A DNA stretch of 64,000 nucleotides from Balanoglossus misakiensis. Taxonomy: Eukaryota; Animalia; Hemichordata. The number at the start of each line of letters is the position of its first letter. Positions within the stretch are counted from its first letter, which is position 1. The translations under genes were made by a program, and so were the position numbers. The notes under the pieces were generated by a model, which worked only from the letters and a program-made list of their open reading frames with translations, was not told where the DNA came from and did not search any database. This document shows positions 37,564-52,673 of this stretch, in pieces. The DNA is taken from contig JBECUI020000045.1 in the NCBI GenBank assembly GCA_040954595.2, positions 20,165 through 84,164 on the forward strand, in the 5' to 3' direction.

Positions 37564-40500
37564 ATGAGTACATATTATTTTGTAACAGATACAGGCGGTG
37601 CCATTTTAGCGTGGAACTCCGAGATACCTCACTTTGAAACATTAGGCAGGAGTTTAGTTGCCTATGGCGGCAGGGGTGTTGATGAGCTGTATGTAGGCAG
37701 GGCGACGCAGGCCAGTGTCGCATCGCTTGGAGACGGGGAAGACCGTGTCTATCTTACAGGCAGTTTCGCAGATTATACGCAAACGGTCGATGGTTCTACC
37801 TATACCTTCTCGCGCACGGTGACGATAGACAGCAATGCATACGAAGAAGTGATAACGGTATCAGGTAATACCGACAGCGACCGTCTTTACTTTGCCGATG
37901 GCAATGTAGAGTTGAGTTTCTCTAATTTGTTTGATCTCATAGGTGGCGGTTATCGGGACATCACGGCAGACCTATTAACAGGGGCAGGCAGCCCAAGCTA
38001 TCCACCCACCCCACCTGCTGCTCGTGCGAATGATGAGAATGAATGGGTCTTTACAAATGATAATGAGGGTGCGGTGTATGCCTTTGACTTACCCGGTAGC
38101 AAGTGGACTACCTATGGCGGCAGGGGTGTTGATCGTATTTATGTAGGCAAGGGGACACAGGCCAGTGTCGCATCGCTTGGCGATGGGGAAGACGGTATCT
38201 ATCTCACGGGCAATCTCGCAGACTATACGCAAACGGTAGCTGGTTCTACCTATACCTTCTCACGCACGGTGACGATAGCGGGCAGGGATTACGAAGAGCA
38301 GGTAACGGTATCAGGTAATACCGACAGCGACCGTCTTTACTTTGTCGATGGCAATGTAGAGTTGAGTTTCTCTAATTTGTTTGATCTCATAGGTGGCGGT
38401 TATCGGGACATCACGGCAGACCGATTAACAGGGGAAGGCACCCCGGGCTTGGGTGTTGGTCTTACGATAAGCGATGATACCAGCACTGATGTCACAAACA
38501 CTGATGTTGTCTTCACCTTCACCTTTGATGAGGCAGTCACAGGGTTTGATATAGATGCGATTACAATCACCAACGGCACGGCACGCGGTGCGCTCACAGA
38601 GGTTACCGCAGGCATACAATATACCTTAGCGGTGACACCGACTGCGAATACACAAGGCATCTTAAGGCTCAGCGTTGCAGTAGGCACGGTCTTTGCAATA
38701 GATGACGCAAACAAGGGCAATCAGGCGGCAAGTGCACGCAGGCGATAGACACCCAAGCGCCTATCGCAATCCTATCAGGTGACATCGTACCTGTCGGCAA
38801 CCTCACCATGCAGTTTGATGAGGCGGTCACCTTAGGCACAGGCAATATCACACTTTATAACCAAGCAGATGGTAGTATAGCCGCCGCTATCCCCATCAAT
38901 GATGCCACGCAGGTAGGCTTAAGTAATGACGGCAAGACGCTGACCATTAACCCGGCTGTGGATCTTGCAATAGGCAATGGCTATTATGTTCAAATACCGT
39001 CAACCGCCATCACTGATGTGGCAGGTAATGCCTATGCCATTACAGATGCCACCACTTGGGCATTTACCGCCACTGGTCTTTCTACTACTGTTGTATGGCA
39101 GGACGATACTCACAATGACCCCAGCACAGACGGCTATATCAATGCCGCAGAGCTAAACACCGTAACACTGCAAGGCATATTGACGAATGTCGGCGATGCC
39201 ACCGATGTTAGCATCACCGCCATTACTTTTAAGGCATTAAGCGGTAGCGCAAACGACATCAGCTATAGTGCCGCCCTGCCTGCCTTATCAGGCGATGCCA
39301 CCGGCAGCACTTGGACCCTAGATAATGCCGCGATAAGGGCATTAGGTTTGGTAGAGGGCGAATCCTATCGGGTTGAGGTAACGCTATCAGGCACAGATAC
39401 GAGCAACAACACCATCATAGGTAGCGGCAGCCATGATGACCCTATTATCATAGACACTGGCGCACCGACCACGACAGTCAGTATAGATAGTATCAGCGAT
39501 GATAGCGGTGATGCAGACTTTATCACCAATGATCGTGATGGCCTGACGATAACAGCCACCTTAAGTGCGGCATTAGCAGCAGGTGAGCGTCTGGAGTACA
39601 GCAGCGATGATGGCACGACTTGGACGGATATCAGCGGGTCTGTTGCGGGCATGAGCATTAGCCATACGGATGATGCGCTGACAGCTACAACAACGATACA
39701 GATGCGTGTTGCCGACACCGCAGGCAATAGCGCGCCTGCGGCAAGCCAGCTTATCACCATAGAGACCGGCACACCGACCACGACAATCAGTATCACCGGC
39801 ATCACTGATGATAACGGCGCTGCTGCAGATGACTTTATCACCAATGACGATAACGGCTTGACGATAACAGCTACCTTAAGTGCGGCACTAGCAGCAGGCG
39901 AACGTCTGGAGTACAGCACTGATGGTGTGACTTGGGTGGATATCAGCGGGTCTGTTGCGGACACAAGCATCAGCCATACGGATGATACACTGACAACTAC
40001 GACAACGATACGGATGCGCGTTACCAACACCATAGGCAATAGCGCCCCTGCGACAAGCAAGCTTATCACCATAGACAGCAGCGCACCGACCACGACAGTC
40101 CGTATAGACAGTATCACTGATGATAGTGGCGATGCCACAGATGACTTTATCACCAATGACGATGACGGCTTGACGATAACAGCCACCTTAAATGCGCCGC
40201 TACGGGCAGGCGAGCGCTTAGAATACAGCAGCGATGATGGCACGATTTGGACGGATATTAGCAGTTCAGTGACGGACACAAGCATCAGCCATACGGATGA
40301 TGCACTGACAGCTACAACAACGATACAGATGCGTGTTGCCGACACCGCAGGCAATAGCGCTCCTGCGGCAAGCCAGTTTGTCACCATAGACAACAACATA
40401 CCTGCTGCCACAGTCAGCATAGACAGTATTAGCGGTGATAGTGGTGATGCAGACTTTATCACCAGTGACAATGACGGCTTGACGATAACAGCCACCTTAA

Positions 40501-43500
40501 GTGCGGCATTAGCAGCAGATGAGCGTCTGGAGTACAGCGCTGATGATGGTAGCACCTGGACCGATATCAGCAGTTCAGTGACGGACACAAGCATCAGCCA
40601 TACGGATGATGCACTGACAGCTACAACAACGATACAGATGCGCGTTATTGACACCATAGGCAATAGCAGTCTTGTGGCAAGCCAGCCCATCATCATAGAT
40701 ACCACTGCCCCGACAGCAATCTTATCAGGCGACATCTTGCCTACCGACAGCCTCACCCTGCAGTTTAATGAGGCGGTCACCTTAGGCACAGGCGATATCA
40801 CACTTTATAACCAAGCAGACGGTAGTACGGCAGCCGCGATCCCCATCAATGATGCCACGCAGGTAAGCTTAAGTGATGATGGCAGGACGCTGACCATTAA
40901 CCCGACTGATGATCTTACAATAGGCGGCAGCTATTATGTGCAAATACCGTCAACCGCTATCACTGATCTAGCAGGCAATGCCTATGGCATTACAGATGCC
41001 ACCACTTGGGCATTTACCGTCACTGGTCTTTCTACTACTGTGTTATGGCAGGATGGTGCTAATAATGACCCCAGTACAGACGGTTATATTAATGCCGAAG
41101 AGCTAAACACCGTAACACTGCAAGGCGTATTGACAAATACCGGCAATGCCACCGGCATTAGCATCACAGCCATCACCTTTAAGGCATTAAGCGGCAGTGC
41201 AAACGACATCAGCTATAGCGGTGCTATGCCTGCCTTGTCCGATGCCAGCGGTAGCACTTGGACCCTAGATAATGCCGCGATAAATGCCTTAAATCTAGTA
41301 GAGGGCGAATCCTATCGTGTTGAGGTAACGCTATCAGGCACAGATGCGGGCAGCAACACCATCACAGGTGGCAGCAGCTATAACAATCCCATTATCATAG
41401 ACAGTACCCTACCTGCTGCGACAATCAATATAACTGGTATCAATGATGATAGCGGCACCGCAGACTTTATCACCAGCGACAATGATGGCTTGACGATAAC
41501 AGCCACCTTAAGTGTGCCATTAGCAGCAGGTGAGCGCTTAGAATACAGCACTGATGGCACGACTTGGACGGATATCAGCGGGTCTGTGACAGGCACGAGT
41601 ATCAGCCATACGGATACCGCCTTGGTAGGTGAGGGTGAGACCACGATACAGATGCGCTTGACCGATGCCGCAGGCAATAGCACACCTGCGACAAGCCAGC
41701 TTATCACCATAGATACCACAGCACCGACCACAACAGTCAGTATCATCAGTATTAGTGATGATAGCGGTATTGTAGGCGACTTTATCACCAATGATAATAA
41801 CGGCTTAACGATAATAGCGGATTTAAATGCAGCACTGGCAGCAGATGAGCGTTTGGAGTACAGCACTGATGGCACGACCTGGACCGATATCAGCAGTTCA
41901 GTGACAGGTACGAGAATCAGCCATGCGGATGCCGCCTTGACCCATGAGGGTGAGACCACGATACAGATGCGCGTTGCCGACACCGCAGGCAATAGCGCGC
42001 CTGCGACAAGCTGGACCATCACCATAGATACCACAGTACCGACCACAACAGTCAGCAGTATAGACAGTATCAATAATGATAGCGGTGTTACAGGTGACTT
42101 TATCACCAATGATAATAACGGCTTGACGATCACAGCCACCTTAAGTGCGGCATTGGTAGCAGGTGAGCGTTTGGAATACAGCACCAACGGCACGACTTGG
42201 AGCGATATCAGCAGTTCAGTGACAGGCACGAGTATCAGCCATGCGGATGCCGCCTTGACCCATGAGGGCGATACCACGATACAGATGCGCGTTGCCGACA
42301 CCGCAGGCAATAGCAGTCTTGTGACAAGCCAGCTTATCACCATAGACAGCAGCGCACCTGCCACAATAGTCAGCAGTATAGACAGTATCAATAATGATAG
42401 CGGTGATGTCGCAGACGACTTTATCACCAATGACAATGATGGCTTGACGATTAACGCCACCTTAAGTGCGGCATTGGCAGCAGGTGAGCGCTTAGAATAC
42501 AGCACTGATGGGGGCGGCACGTGGACCGATATCAGTAGTTCAGTGACAGGCACGAGTATCCGCCATACGGATACCGCCTTGGTAGGCGAGGGTGAGACCA
42601 CGATACAGATGCGCGTTACCGACACCGCAGGCAATAGCAGTCTTGCAACAAGCAAGCTTATCACCATAGATACCACGGCCCCGCTAGCAACCCTATCGGG
42701 CAGCATCCGACCGACCGGCGACCTCACTATACGGTTTGATGAGGCGGTCAGCTTAGGTGCGGGTGATATCACGCTTTATCATCAAGACGGTAGTACGGTA
42801 GCGACTATCTCCATCAATGATGCCACACAGGTGGGCTTAAGTGATGGCGGCAAGACGCTGACCATCAACCCGACTGCCGATCTTGTATTAGACAATCGCT
42901 ATTATGTGCAAATACCGTCAGGCGCCATCATGGATGCGGCGGGTAATGCCTACACCATCACGGACGACAGCACTTGGGCGTTTAGTGTCATCGGCTTTTC
43001 TACTACGGTTATATGGCAGGATGGTGCTAATAATGACTTAGGTGCAGATGGCTATATCAGTGCCGAAGAGCTAAACACCGTTACCTTGCAAGGCGCATTG
43101 ACAAATACCAGCAATATCACCGGTATTAGCATCACAGCCATCACCTTTAGGGCATTAAGCGACAGTGCAAACGACATCAGCTATAGCGGTGCTATGCCTG
43201 CCTTGTCCGATGCCAGCGGTAGCACTTGGGTCTTAGATAATGCCGCGATAAATGCCTTAAATCTAGTAGAGGGCGAATCCTATCGGGTTGAGGTAACGCT
43301 ATCAGGCACAGATGCGGGCAGCAACACCGTCACAGGTAGTAGTCATAGCGATCTTGTCGTCATAGACAGCAGTGCACCGACCACAACAATCAGTATCACC
43401 GGTATCAGCGATGATAACGGCACTGCCACAGATGACTTTGTCACCAATGACAATGACGGCTTGACGATAACAGCCACCTTAAGTGCGCCATTAGCAGCAG

Positions 43501-46500
43501 GTGAGCGTCTGGAGTACAGCACTGATGGCAACACTTGGACGGATATCAGCGGGTCTGTTGCGGGCATGAGCATCAGCCATACAGATACCACCTTGGTAGG
43601 CGAGGGTGAGACCACGATACAGATGCGCTTGACCGATGCCGCAGGCAATAGCACGCCTGCGACAAACCAGCTTGTCACCATAGACAACAGTGTACCTGAC
43701 GCCCCTACCTTGTCCTTGACAACCGACACAGGCACAGACGGCGATAAGGTCACTATGGATGGCACGATAGCAGTTGCCGGATTAGAGCCGGGCGGAACAT
43801 GGGAGTATTCGGTCAATACGGGCAATACTTGGCAAAGTGGCAGCGGTACCGATTTTGTTGTGCCGGAAGGTGAGTATGGCATTTTGGATATTTGGGTACG
43901 GCAGTTTGACCGTGCCGGCAACGAATCAGACGCGACCCTATTTGAGCAATTCACCGTAGATACCACAGCCCCAACCGTAGACACAATCGTATTAACCGGC
44001 GAGGATGCCCAAGGCGCAAGCAAGACTGATCTTGCGACAGGTGATACCATTGTGATCACTGTTACGATGAGTGAGGATGTCACTGTCACAGGCAGCCCTC
44101 TTTATACTATTGACATGGGCGGTCAATCTAGGGTTGTTGCGTATGATGCCGCCGCTTCAAGTGGCAATCAGTTGGTATTTAAGTACACCATTGCCAATAC
44201 GGATATCGATGAAAGCGGTGGTATTACGGCAGCTACCAATGCCCTTGATGTATCAGGGGTTACGGTACAAGATACCGCAGGCAATGATGCGGACTTAACT
44301 CATACAGAGGTCGCAGTTGATGATAATGCGATCACCGTCAATAGTACCTTGCCCCCATCAAAGATAACCGCCCTTAGTTTCCCAAACGATGGCCCTTACG
44401 GCATCGGTGCTGTTATTACCGTTACCCTAACTGTCCAAGACGATGGTGGTACGCCCTATGATGAACTCGCCGGCACGATAGGCGGCCATGTTGTCGGTAA
44501 CTTACAGCGGACAAACAACACCCAATATACCTTTGATCTGACGATATCAGCAGCAGGCAAAGACTTTGCCGCAGATGAGGATATCACGCTTGGTCTTTAT
44601 CTAGGCCGTGACGGCACTGCCGATGATGCGGATAATTTTGCCGTATATGCGACACAGATAAGTGGGAGCAATGATGCCATTGATGCTACCCCACCTGATG
44701 CACCGACAGCATTGGCGCTTGCTGCAGATGATGATACCGGTATTGCGCAAGATGGTATCACGAGCCAAACCGATAATCTGACCATCACAGGCACGGCTGA
44801 GGCAAGCAGCACGGTGACCTTATACGGCACCGATGGCACAACAGTGCTCGCAACCGTCACGGCAGGGGCAGATGGTAGTTTTAGTGCCGATGTGACGCTT
44901 GCCGCAGGGGAGTATAGCATCACGGCTGCTGCGACCGATGCGGCAGGTAATGTCAGTGCGTCAAGTGACCCGTTTACGCTCACGATAGATACTGCAATAC
45001 CCCGTCTTGACTTAGATGCGACATCTGAGAGTACCGCCTATGTTGCTGATGAGGGCACTACCGCCCTGCAAGCAGGCGTTGCCATAAGCGACCAAGCAAG
45101 CGTGCGGGATGATAGCTATATATCACCGCAGGCAGCAGGGAAATTAGCTGACGGTCAAGATGGCGCAACAATAGGCAATCCCTATGATGTTGATACGGTG
45201 GTCATAGACGGTGCGACCTATGCGGTAGTAACAAGTCGTACCGGCCACGCCATACAGATTGTTGATATCAGTAATCCTGCCAATCCTGTGGCTGTGGGCC
45301 GGCTTACGGATGCTGATGGCGGCGGCAGGGAATTAGCATTAAATGACCCCATCGGCGTTAAGATCGTGACCATCCCTGATGCGGCCACCGGTATTGCCAA
45401 GCCCTATGCGGTGGTCACAAGCAAGAGCGGCGATGACGGCATCCAGATCATTGATATTAGTGACCCGGCTCACCCTGTGGCGGCAGGCACCCTGCTTGAT
45501 GATGCCAACACGGAATTAGGCGGGGCACAAGGTCTTGATATTGCGGTCATAAATGGTGCGACCTATGTGGTGGTGGCAGGCAATGATGACAATGGCGTAC
45601 AGATTATTGATATCAGCGACCCGGCTAACCCTGCGGCGGCAGGTACCCTGCTTGATGATGCCAACACGGAATTAGGCGGTGCCCGTGATGTTCAGATCGT
45701 AGTCATCCCTGATGCCGCAGGTAATGATAAGACCTATGCGATGGTAACAGGGCGTGTTGACGATGGTGTACAGATTATTGATATCAGCAACCCGGCTAAT
45801 CCTGTGGCTGTGAGCCGGCTTACGGATACTACCGGCAGGAGCCTAAATGGCGCTTTTAGTGTTGCTATCGCGGCCATAGGCAACAAGACCTATGCGGTGG
45901 TGACAGCTTTTGATGATGACGGCGTGCAGATTATTGATATCAGCGATCCGGCTAACCCTACCGCGGTAAGCACACTCACGAATAATGCCGACAGGGCATT
46001 AAACGGTGCCACCGGCATTGATATCGTCGTCATCGGTGATGCGACCTATGCGGTGGTGACAGGCTTTTATGATAATGCCGTGCAGGTTATTAATATCAGC
46101 GATCCGACTAATCCTATCGCAGTGGATGCCTTGTTTGATGATGCCGACAGGGAATTAACCAAACCGGTTGCCGTTAAAACTGTGGTCATCGCAGGCAAGG
46201 TCTATGCGGTGGTGGCAGGCTCTACCGATAATGGCATACAGTTGATACAGATTAGCGATGACAGGAATGGTATACAGAAGATTGATATCACCGTATCGGG
46301 CAGCGGTTTTGGTGGCACTGCCAATGAGGCATTAGCGCATGACGACGGCACGCAGACGCAGGTCTTGTTCTCATTAGGGGCAGATCAAAGCCTGACTAAT
46401 CAGACCATCGGTACTGTCGCAGGGCTGTCGCTTGCGTGGACGGTTGCTGCCACCGGAAACTTGACCGTCTCTAAGACAGACGGCAGCGCATTAACAAGCG

Positions 46501-49500
46501 CAGAGACAAGCGAGATCATAGATGCCTTGCGTTATCAAGACGCCTCAAGCAGTCACGATGAGCGAGTTCAGTTTGCAATGGTCTTAACGGATACGGCGGG
46601 CAATGCCTCTCATTTACATATTGCCACGATAATAGTCAATGATCTAACGCCCGCAGTGGTTTCTGCAAGCCTGCCTGATGCGGCGATGCAGGTGGGTGAT
46701 ACGGTCACAGTCACCATCACTATAGATGCAAATAGTATCAAGGCAGGTGAGACCTTAAGCTTGGTTGACGGCAGCCATGTCAACGACTTTGCCTTAGGAA
46801 ACTTGCAAAAGGTGTCAGATACCTTATATACGGCAAGCTTCACCGTGACCGATGGCGGTGCCGATAGGGCAGCAGACGAGCATATCCCGCTTTCCATACA
46901 GGTTCAGAATGAAACGGATACACAAAGCGCGGTATACAGCACCCTGATCGTTCAGGTCAATGATACCATTGATGCTAATCTACCGGATGCACCGACAGGG
47001 ATTATGTTAGACACAGCAAGCGATTCGGGTATCAAGGGAGATGGTATCACCAACCAAACCACCTTCACTATCACAGGCACAGCAGAGGCAGGTAGTACGG
47101 TGACCTTATACGGCACAGATGGCACGACAGCGCTAGCCACAGCCACAGCAGGGGCTAGCGACAGCTTTAGCATTACAATGACGCTTGCCACAGGGGAATA
47201 CATCATCACGGCGACAGCGACCGATGCGGCAGGTAATGTCAGTGCGGCAAGCGACCCGTTTACACTCACAGTAGATACCACAGCACCGAGTATTGACCTA
47301 GATACGACATCCGATGGTGGTGCGTATTTGGCTTATGTGAGCACGATTGCTTTGCAAACGGGGGTTGCCGTAAGCCACACGGCTGCCATAAGCGAGGACA
47401 TACAAGAGATCACCATCACCCTATCAGGCAATGGCTTTGGCGGCACTGCCGATGAGTTCTTAGCGCATGATGACGGCACGCAGATACAGGGCTTGTTTGC
47501 ATTAGCGGCAAATCAAAACGACACTGACCAGACCATCGGTGCCGTTGCCGGTCTTTCCTTGAGCTGGCAGGCTACGACAGCCACCTTGACTATCTCTAAG
47601 ACAGACGACACTGCATTGACCGCCACAGAGGCAGGCCGTATCATAGATGCTCTGCGCTATCAAGACGGCTCAAGCAGCAACGGTGAGCAAATTAGTTTTG
47701 CGGTGAGCGTAACTGATGTGGCAGGCAATACCGCGAGTGCATCTACTGCCACGATAGGAGTCAATGATCTAAGACCCGCAGCGGCTTCCGCGACCTTTCC
47801 CAATACACCGATGAAGGTGGGTGATACGGTCACCCTCACCATCATGATAGATAGCAATAGTATAGTAGCAGGCGAGACCTTGAGCTTGGTTTCCGGCAGT
47901 CATGTCAACGGCTTTGCCTTAGGAAACTTACAAAAGGTGTCAGATACCTCATATACGGCAACCTTCATCGTGACTGAGGGTGGCGCTGATAGGGCAGCAA
48001 GCGATCCTATCTCGCTTTCTATACAGCTTCAAAATGAGGCAGGCAATAATGGTGCGGCATACACCACTGCGATTAGCCAAGACAATGATGCCATTGATGC
48101 GAACTCACCGCCAGCCCCCGCAGGGCTTGCGCTTGCCGCCGCAGATGATAGGGGTATCGCAGATGATGACGATATCACGGGCCAAACCGATGATTTGACC
48201 ATCACAGGCACGGCTGTGGCTGGCAGCACGGTAACCTTATACGATACCGATGGCACGACGATACTGGTAATAACGACTGCTTTGGCAGATAACACCTTTA
48301 CGGTTGATATTACGCTTACCGCAGGGGAGCATAGCATCACGGCAAGGCAGACCGATGCGGCGGGCAATATCAGCACGGCAAGCGACCCGCTTATACTCAC
48401 AATAGATACCACAGCGCCTCGCATCAGCTTAGATGCGACATCCGATGACGGCGCCTATGTCGCTGATGCCGGCACTGCGACCTTGCAGGCGGGGGTTGCT
48501 ATCAGCGACCAGGCAAGCATACGGGATGATAGCTATGCGCCTCCGCAGGCAGCGGGGCAATTAGCTAGGGGTCAAGGTGGTGTGATATTGAACTCTCCCT
48601 ATGATGTTGATACTGTGGTCATAGACGGGGTGACCTATGCAGTGGTGGCAGCTTCTAGCTATGACGGCATACAGATTGTTGATATCAGTGATCCGCAGAA
48701 CCCTGTGGCGGCAGGCACGCTTACGGATACTGCCGACAGGGAATTAGACGGTGCCTCAGGCGTTAAGATCGTGACCCTCACCGATTCTGCTGCCGGCATC
48801 ATTAAGCCTTATGCAGTGGTGGCAGCTTCTGGCGATGCTGGCATACAGATTGTTGATATCAGTGATCCGCAGAACCCTGTGGCTGTGAGCAGCCTGACGG
48901 ATACCACCGGCACGGCATTAAACGGTGCGCAAGATCTTGATGTCGTCGTTATAAATGGTGCGACCTATGCGGTGGTGGCAGGCTATTGGGACGATGGCAT
49001 ACAGATTGTTGATATCAGTGACCCGGCTGCGCCTACCGCGATAAGCAGCTTAACAGATACTACCGGCAGGGAATTAAACGGTGTCTATGATGTTGATATC
49101 GTCGTTATAAATGGCGCGACCTATGCGGTGGCGGCAAGCAATACCGACAACGGCATACAGATTATTGATATCAGTGATCCGACCACCCCTGCCGCGGTCA
49201 GCAGGCTGACGGATACTGCCGGCAGGGCATTAGACGGTGCCTTTGGCGTTGTTATCGCGGTCATAAATGGTGCGACCTATGCGGTGGTGACAGCTCGTGA
49301 TGACAACGGCGTGCAGATTGTTGATATCAGCGATCCGGCTAGCCCTACCGCGGTAAGCAGGTTGACGGATACTGCCGACACGGCATTAGACGGTGCCACC
49401 GGCGTTGATATCGTCGTCATAGCCGGCAAGCATTATGCGGTAGTCACAGGCTATGATGACAACGGCGTGCAGATCATTGATATCAGCGATCCGGCTAGCC

Positions 49501-52500
49501 CCATCGCAGTGGACGCCCTGTTTGATAATGGCAACAGGGTATTAAGAGGGGCGATTGACGTTAAGACTGTGGTCATAGCAGGCAAGGTCTATGCGGTGGT
49601 GGTAGGTAAAAATGATAACGGCATACAGTTGATACAGCTTAGCGATAGTGATAATGACGTACAGACGATTGATATCACCTTATCGGGCAGCGGCTTTGGT
49701 GGCACTGCCGATGAGGCATTAGCGCATGATGACGGCACGCAGACGCAGCGCTTATTCTCACTAGGGGCAGATCAAGACCTTACTGATCAGACCATCGGTA
49801 CTGTCGCAGGGCTGTCGCTTGCGTGGACAGCAGCTACAAATAGCTTGACCGTCTCTAAGACGGACGGCAGCGCATTAACAAGCGCAGAGGCAGGTATGAT
49901 CATAGATGCCCTACGCTATCAAGACGGCACCAGCAATCACGATGAGCAAGTGCAGTTTGCGGTAACCCTTACCGATGTGGCAGGCAATACCACTGCCACA
50001 ACCACTGCCACGATAACGGTCAATGGCCTAACACCCACAGTGACTGCCGCGACCTTTCCCAATACACCGATGAAGGTGGGTGATACGGTCACCCTCACCC
50101 TCACCATAGATGCCGCTACTATCAAGGCGGGTGAGACCTTGAGCTTGGTTTCCGGCAGCCATGTCAACGACTTTGCCTTAGGAAACTTGCAAAAGATCAC
50201 CGATACCTCATATACGGCACGCTTCACCGTGATAGACGGCGGCATTGATAGGGCGGCAAACGAGGCTATCCCGCTTTCCATACAGTTGCAAAATGAGGCA
50301 GGCAATAATAGTGCGGCATACACCACTGCGATTAGCCAAGACAATGATGGCATTGATGCGAACTCACCGCTGGCACCCGCAGGGCTTGCGCTTGCCGCGG
50401 CAGATGATAGCGGTATCGCAGATGACGACGGCATCACGGCCCAAACCGATGATTTGACCATCATAGGCACGACAACGGCAAATAGCACGGTGACCTTATA
50501 CGAAGGCACGACAGTGCTTGCAGCCGTCACGGCAGGGACAGACGGTAGCTTTAGTGTTGATATAGCACTTGCCGCAGGGGAGCATACCATCACGGCTACG
50601 GCGACTGATGCGGCAGGTAATGTCAGTGCGGCAAGCGACCCGCTTGCCCTAACAGTAGATACCACAGCGCCTCGCATCAGCTTAGATGCGGCATCCGATG
50701 ACGGCGGCTATACCGCTGATGTTAACCCTGCCGCCCTGCAAGCAGGGGTTGCCGTAGGCAACCAAGCAAGTATGCGGGATGATAGCTATGCGCCTTTGCA
50801 GGCAGCAGGAAAATTAACTGATGATAGCGCAAGGGAACTAAATGGCGTCCGTGACGTTGATACCGTCGTCATAAACGGTAAGACCTATGCGCTGGCCGCA
50901 AGCTTTAATGACGATGGCGTGCAGATTATGGATATCAGTGATCCGCACAATCCTGTGGCTGTGAGCACACTCACGGATACTGCCGGCAGGGCATTAGACG
51001 GTGCCATCGGCATTGCTATCGTGCTCATAAATGGCAGGGCCTATGCGGTGGTGACAAGCTATTATGACGATGGCGTGCAGATTGTTGATATCAGTGACCC
51101 GGCTAACCCTGCCGCGGTAAGCCGGCTTACGGATACTGCCGGCACGGAATTAGACGGTGCTCGAGGCGTTGCTATCGCGGTCATAAATGGTGCGACCTAT
51201 GCAGTGGTGACAGGCTATGTCGATGATGGCGTACAGATCATTGATATCAGCAATCCGGCTGCGCCTACCGCGGTAAGCGCACTTACGGATACTGCTGGCA
51301 CGGAATTAAACGGTGCCCGAGACGTTGCTATCGCGGTCATAAATGGTGCGACCTATGCGGTGGTCACAGGCTATGACGACAACGGCGTACAGATCATTGA
51401 TATCAGCAATCCGGCTGCGCCTACCGCGGTAAGCGCACTTACGGATACTGCCGGCAGGGCATTAGGCGGTGCCGGCGGCGTTAAGACCGCCGTCATAGAC
51501 GGGGTGACCTATGCGGTGGTCACGGCAGTTCAGGACGATGGTGTGCAGATCATTGATATCAGCAATCCGGCTGCGCCTACCGCGGTAAGCCGGCTTACGG
51601 ATACTGCCGGCAGGGCATTAGACGGTGCCGGTGGCGTTGATATCGTGAGCCTCACCGATGCCGCTGGCACCATCAAGACCTATGCGGTGGTGACAGCCTA
51701 TATCGTCCCCGGCGTACAGATCATTGATATCAGCAATCCGGCTAACCCCATCGCAGTGGATGCCCTGTTTGATGATGACAGCACGGCATTAGGCAGTGCC
51801 CAAGGCGTTACAACCGTGGTCATAGCAGGCAAGCTCTATGCGGTGGTGGCAAGTTCTCTCGACAACGGCGTGCAGCTGATACAGCTTAGCGAGGATAACG
51901 GTATGCAGGATATTCAGATCACCCTATCGGGTACCGGCTTTGCCGGTGCTGCCAACGAGGCATTCGCGCATGATGACGGCACGCAGACGCAGCGCTTATT
52001 CTCACTAGAGGCAGATCAAGACCTTGCTGATCAGACCATCGGTACTGTCGCAGGGCTGTCGCTTGTGTGGACGGCTACCACAAAGAGCCTGACCATTTCC
52101 AAGACAGACGGCAGCGCATTAACAAGCGCAGAGACAAACGGGATTATAGATGCCTTGCGCTATCAGGACGACACAAGCAGCAACGGTGACCAAGTGCAGT
52201 TTGCAGTGACCTTAACGGATGCGGCAGGCAATGTGTCTAGTACGGTCACCACAACGATCACTACCTCTGATACGGCTACCACCACTGCCGATACGGATAC
52301 CACCCATACCGTTATCGTAGATGCAAGCAATATCGCCTTGCTGACTGCTACGGATGCTAGGGATATATTTGATTACGGTGCTGTAGCAATAGGTGATTCT
52401 GCGATCAACGACTTTGCCGTAGGTGCAGGCGGCGACCGATTAGATCTGGCAGACCTATTAGACTACGACCCGAACACAGCAGGCAAGGATGATCTCAGTG

Positions 52501-52673
52501 CCTTTTTGGCCGTGACCGATACATCGGCTGCCGGCGGTGGTGATGTCATACTCGCCGTTGATGCCAATGGTGATGGTAGCGGTGCAGACTTTAGTATTAC
52601 CTTAAACGGTATCGGCAGCATAGAGGGGATCACCCTAGCTGACCTAAGAGACGATAACCTCATCCTCGTATAG
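37564..52673 (+). CDS. Giant Ig-like-repeat/LVIVD beta-propeller T1SS-type adhesin-like protein, paralog 4 (~5,040 aa; one indel at ~38735)
   Basis: ORF 37564..38748 plus 38808..52673 (4621 aa). The break is aagtgcacgcagg vs aagtgctacgcagg in paralogs 3 and 5. RBS AGGAG upstream; three LVIVD propellers; C-terminal T1SS-like signal. Confidence 0.9.
45114..46270 (+). other. 7-bladed LVIVD-repeat beta-propeller (paralog 4, A)
   Basis: Seven blades; loops SRTGHA, SKSGDD, GNDDN, GRVDD, AFDDD, GFYDN, GSTDN. Confidence 0.8.
48531..49660 (+). other. 7-bladed LVIVD-repeat beta-propeller (paralog 4, B)
   Basis: Seven blades; loops SSYD, SGDA, GYWDD, SNTDN, ARDDN, GYDDN, GKNDN. Confidence 0.8.
50784..51902 (+). 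other. 7-bladed LVIVD-repeat beta-propeller (paralog 4, C)
   Basis: Seven blades; loops SFNDD, SYYDD, GYVDD, GYDDN, AVQDD, AYIVP, SSLDN. Confidence 0.8.

Noticed and set aside
22296-50457. Small alternative-frame + strand ORFs (22296, 22998, 30976, 44071, 47980, 50245)
   Set aside because: Out-of-frame overlaps within the giant CDSs, repeated only because the host sequence is repeated.
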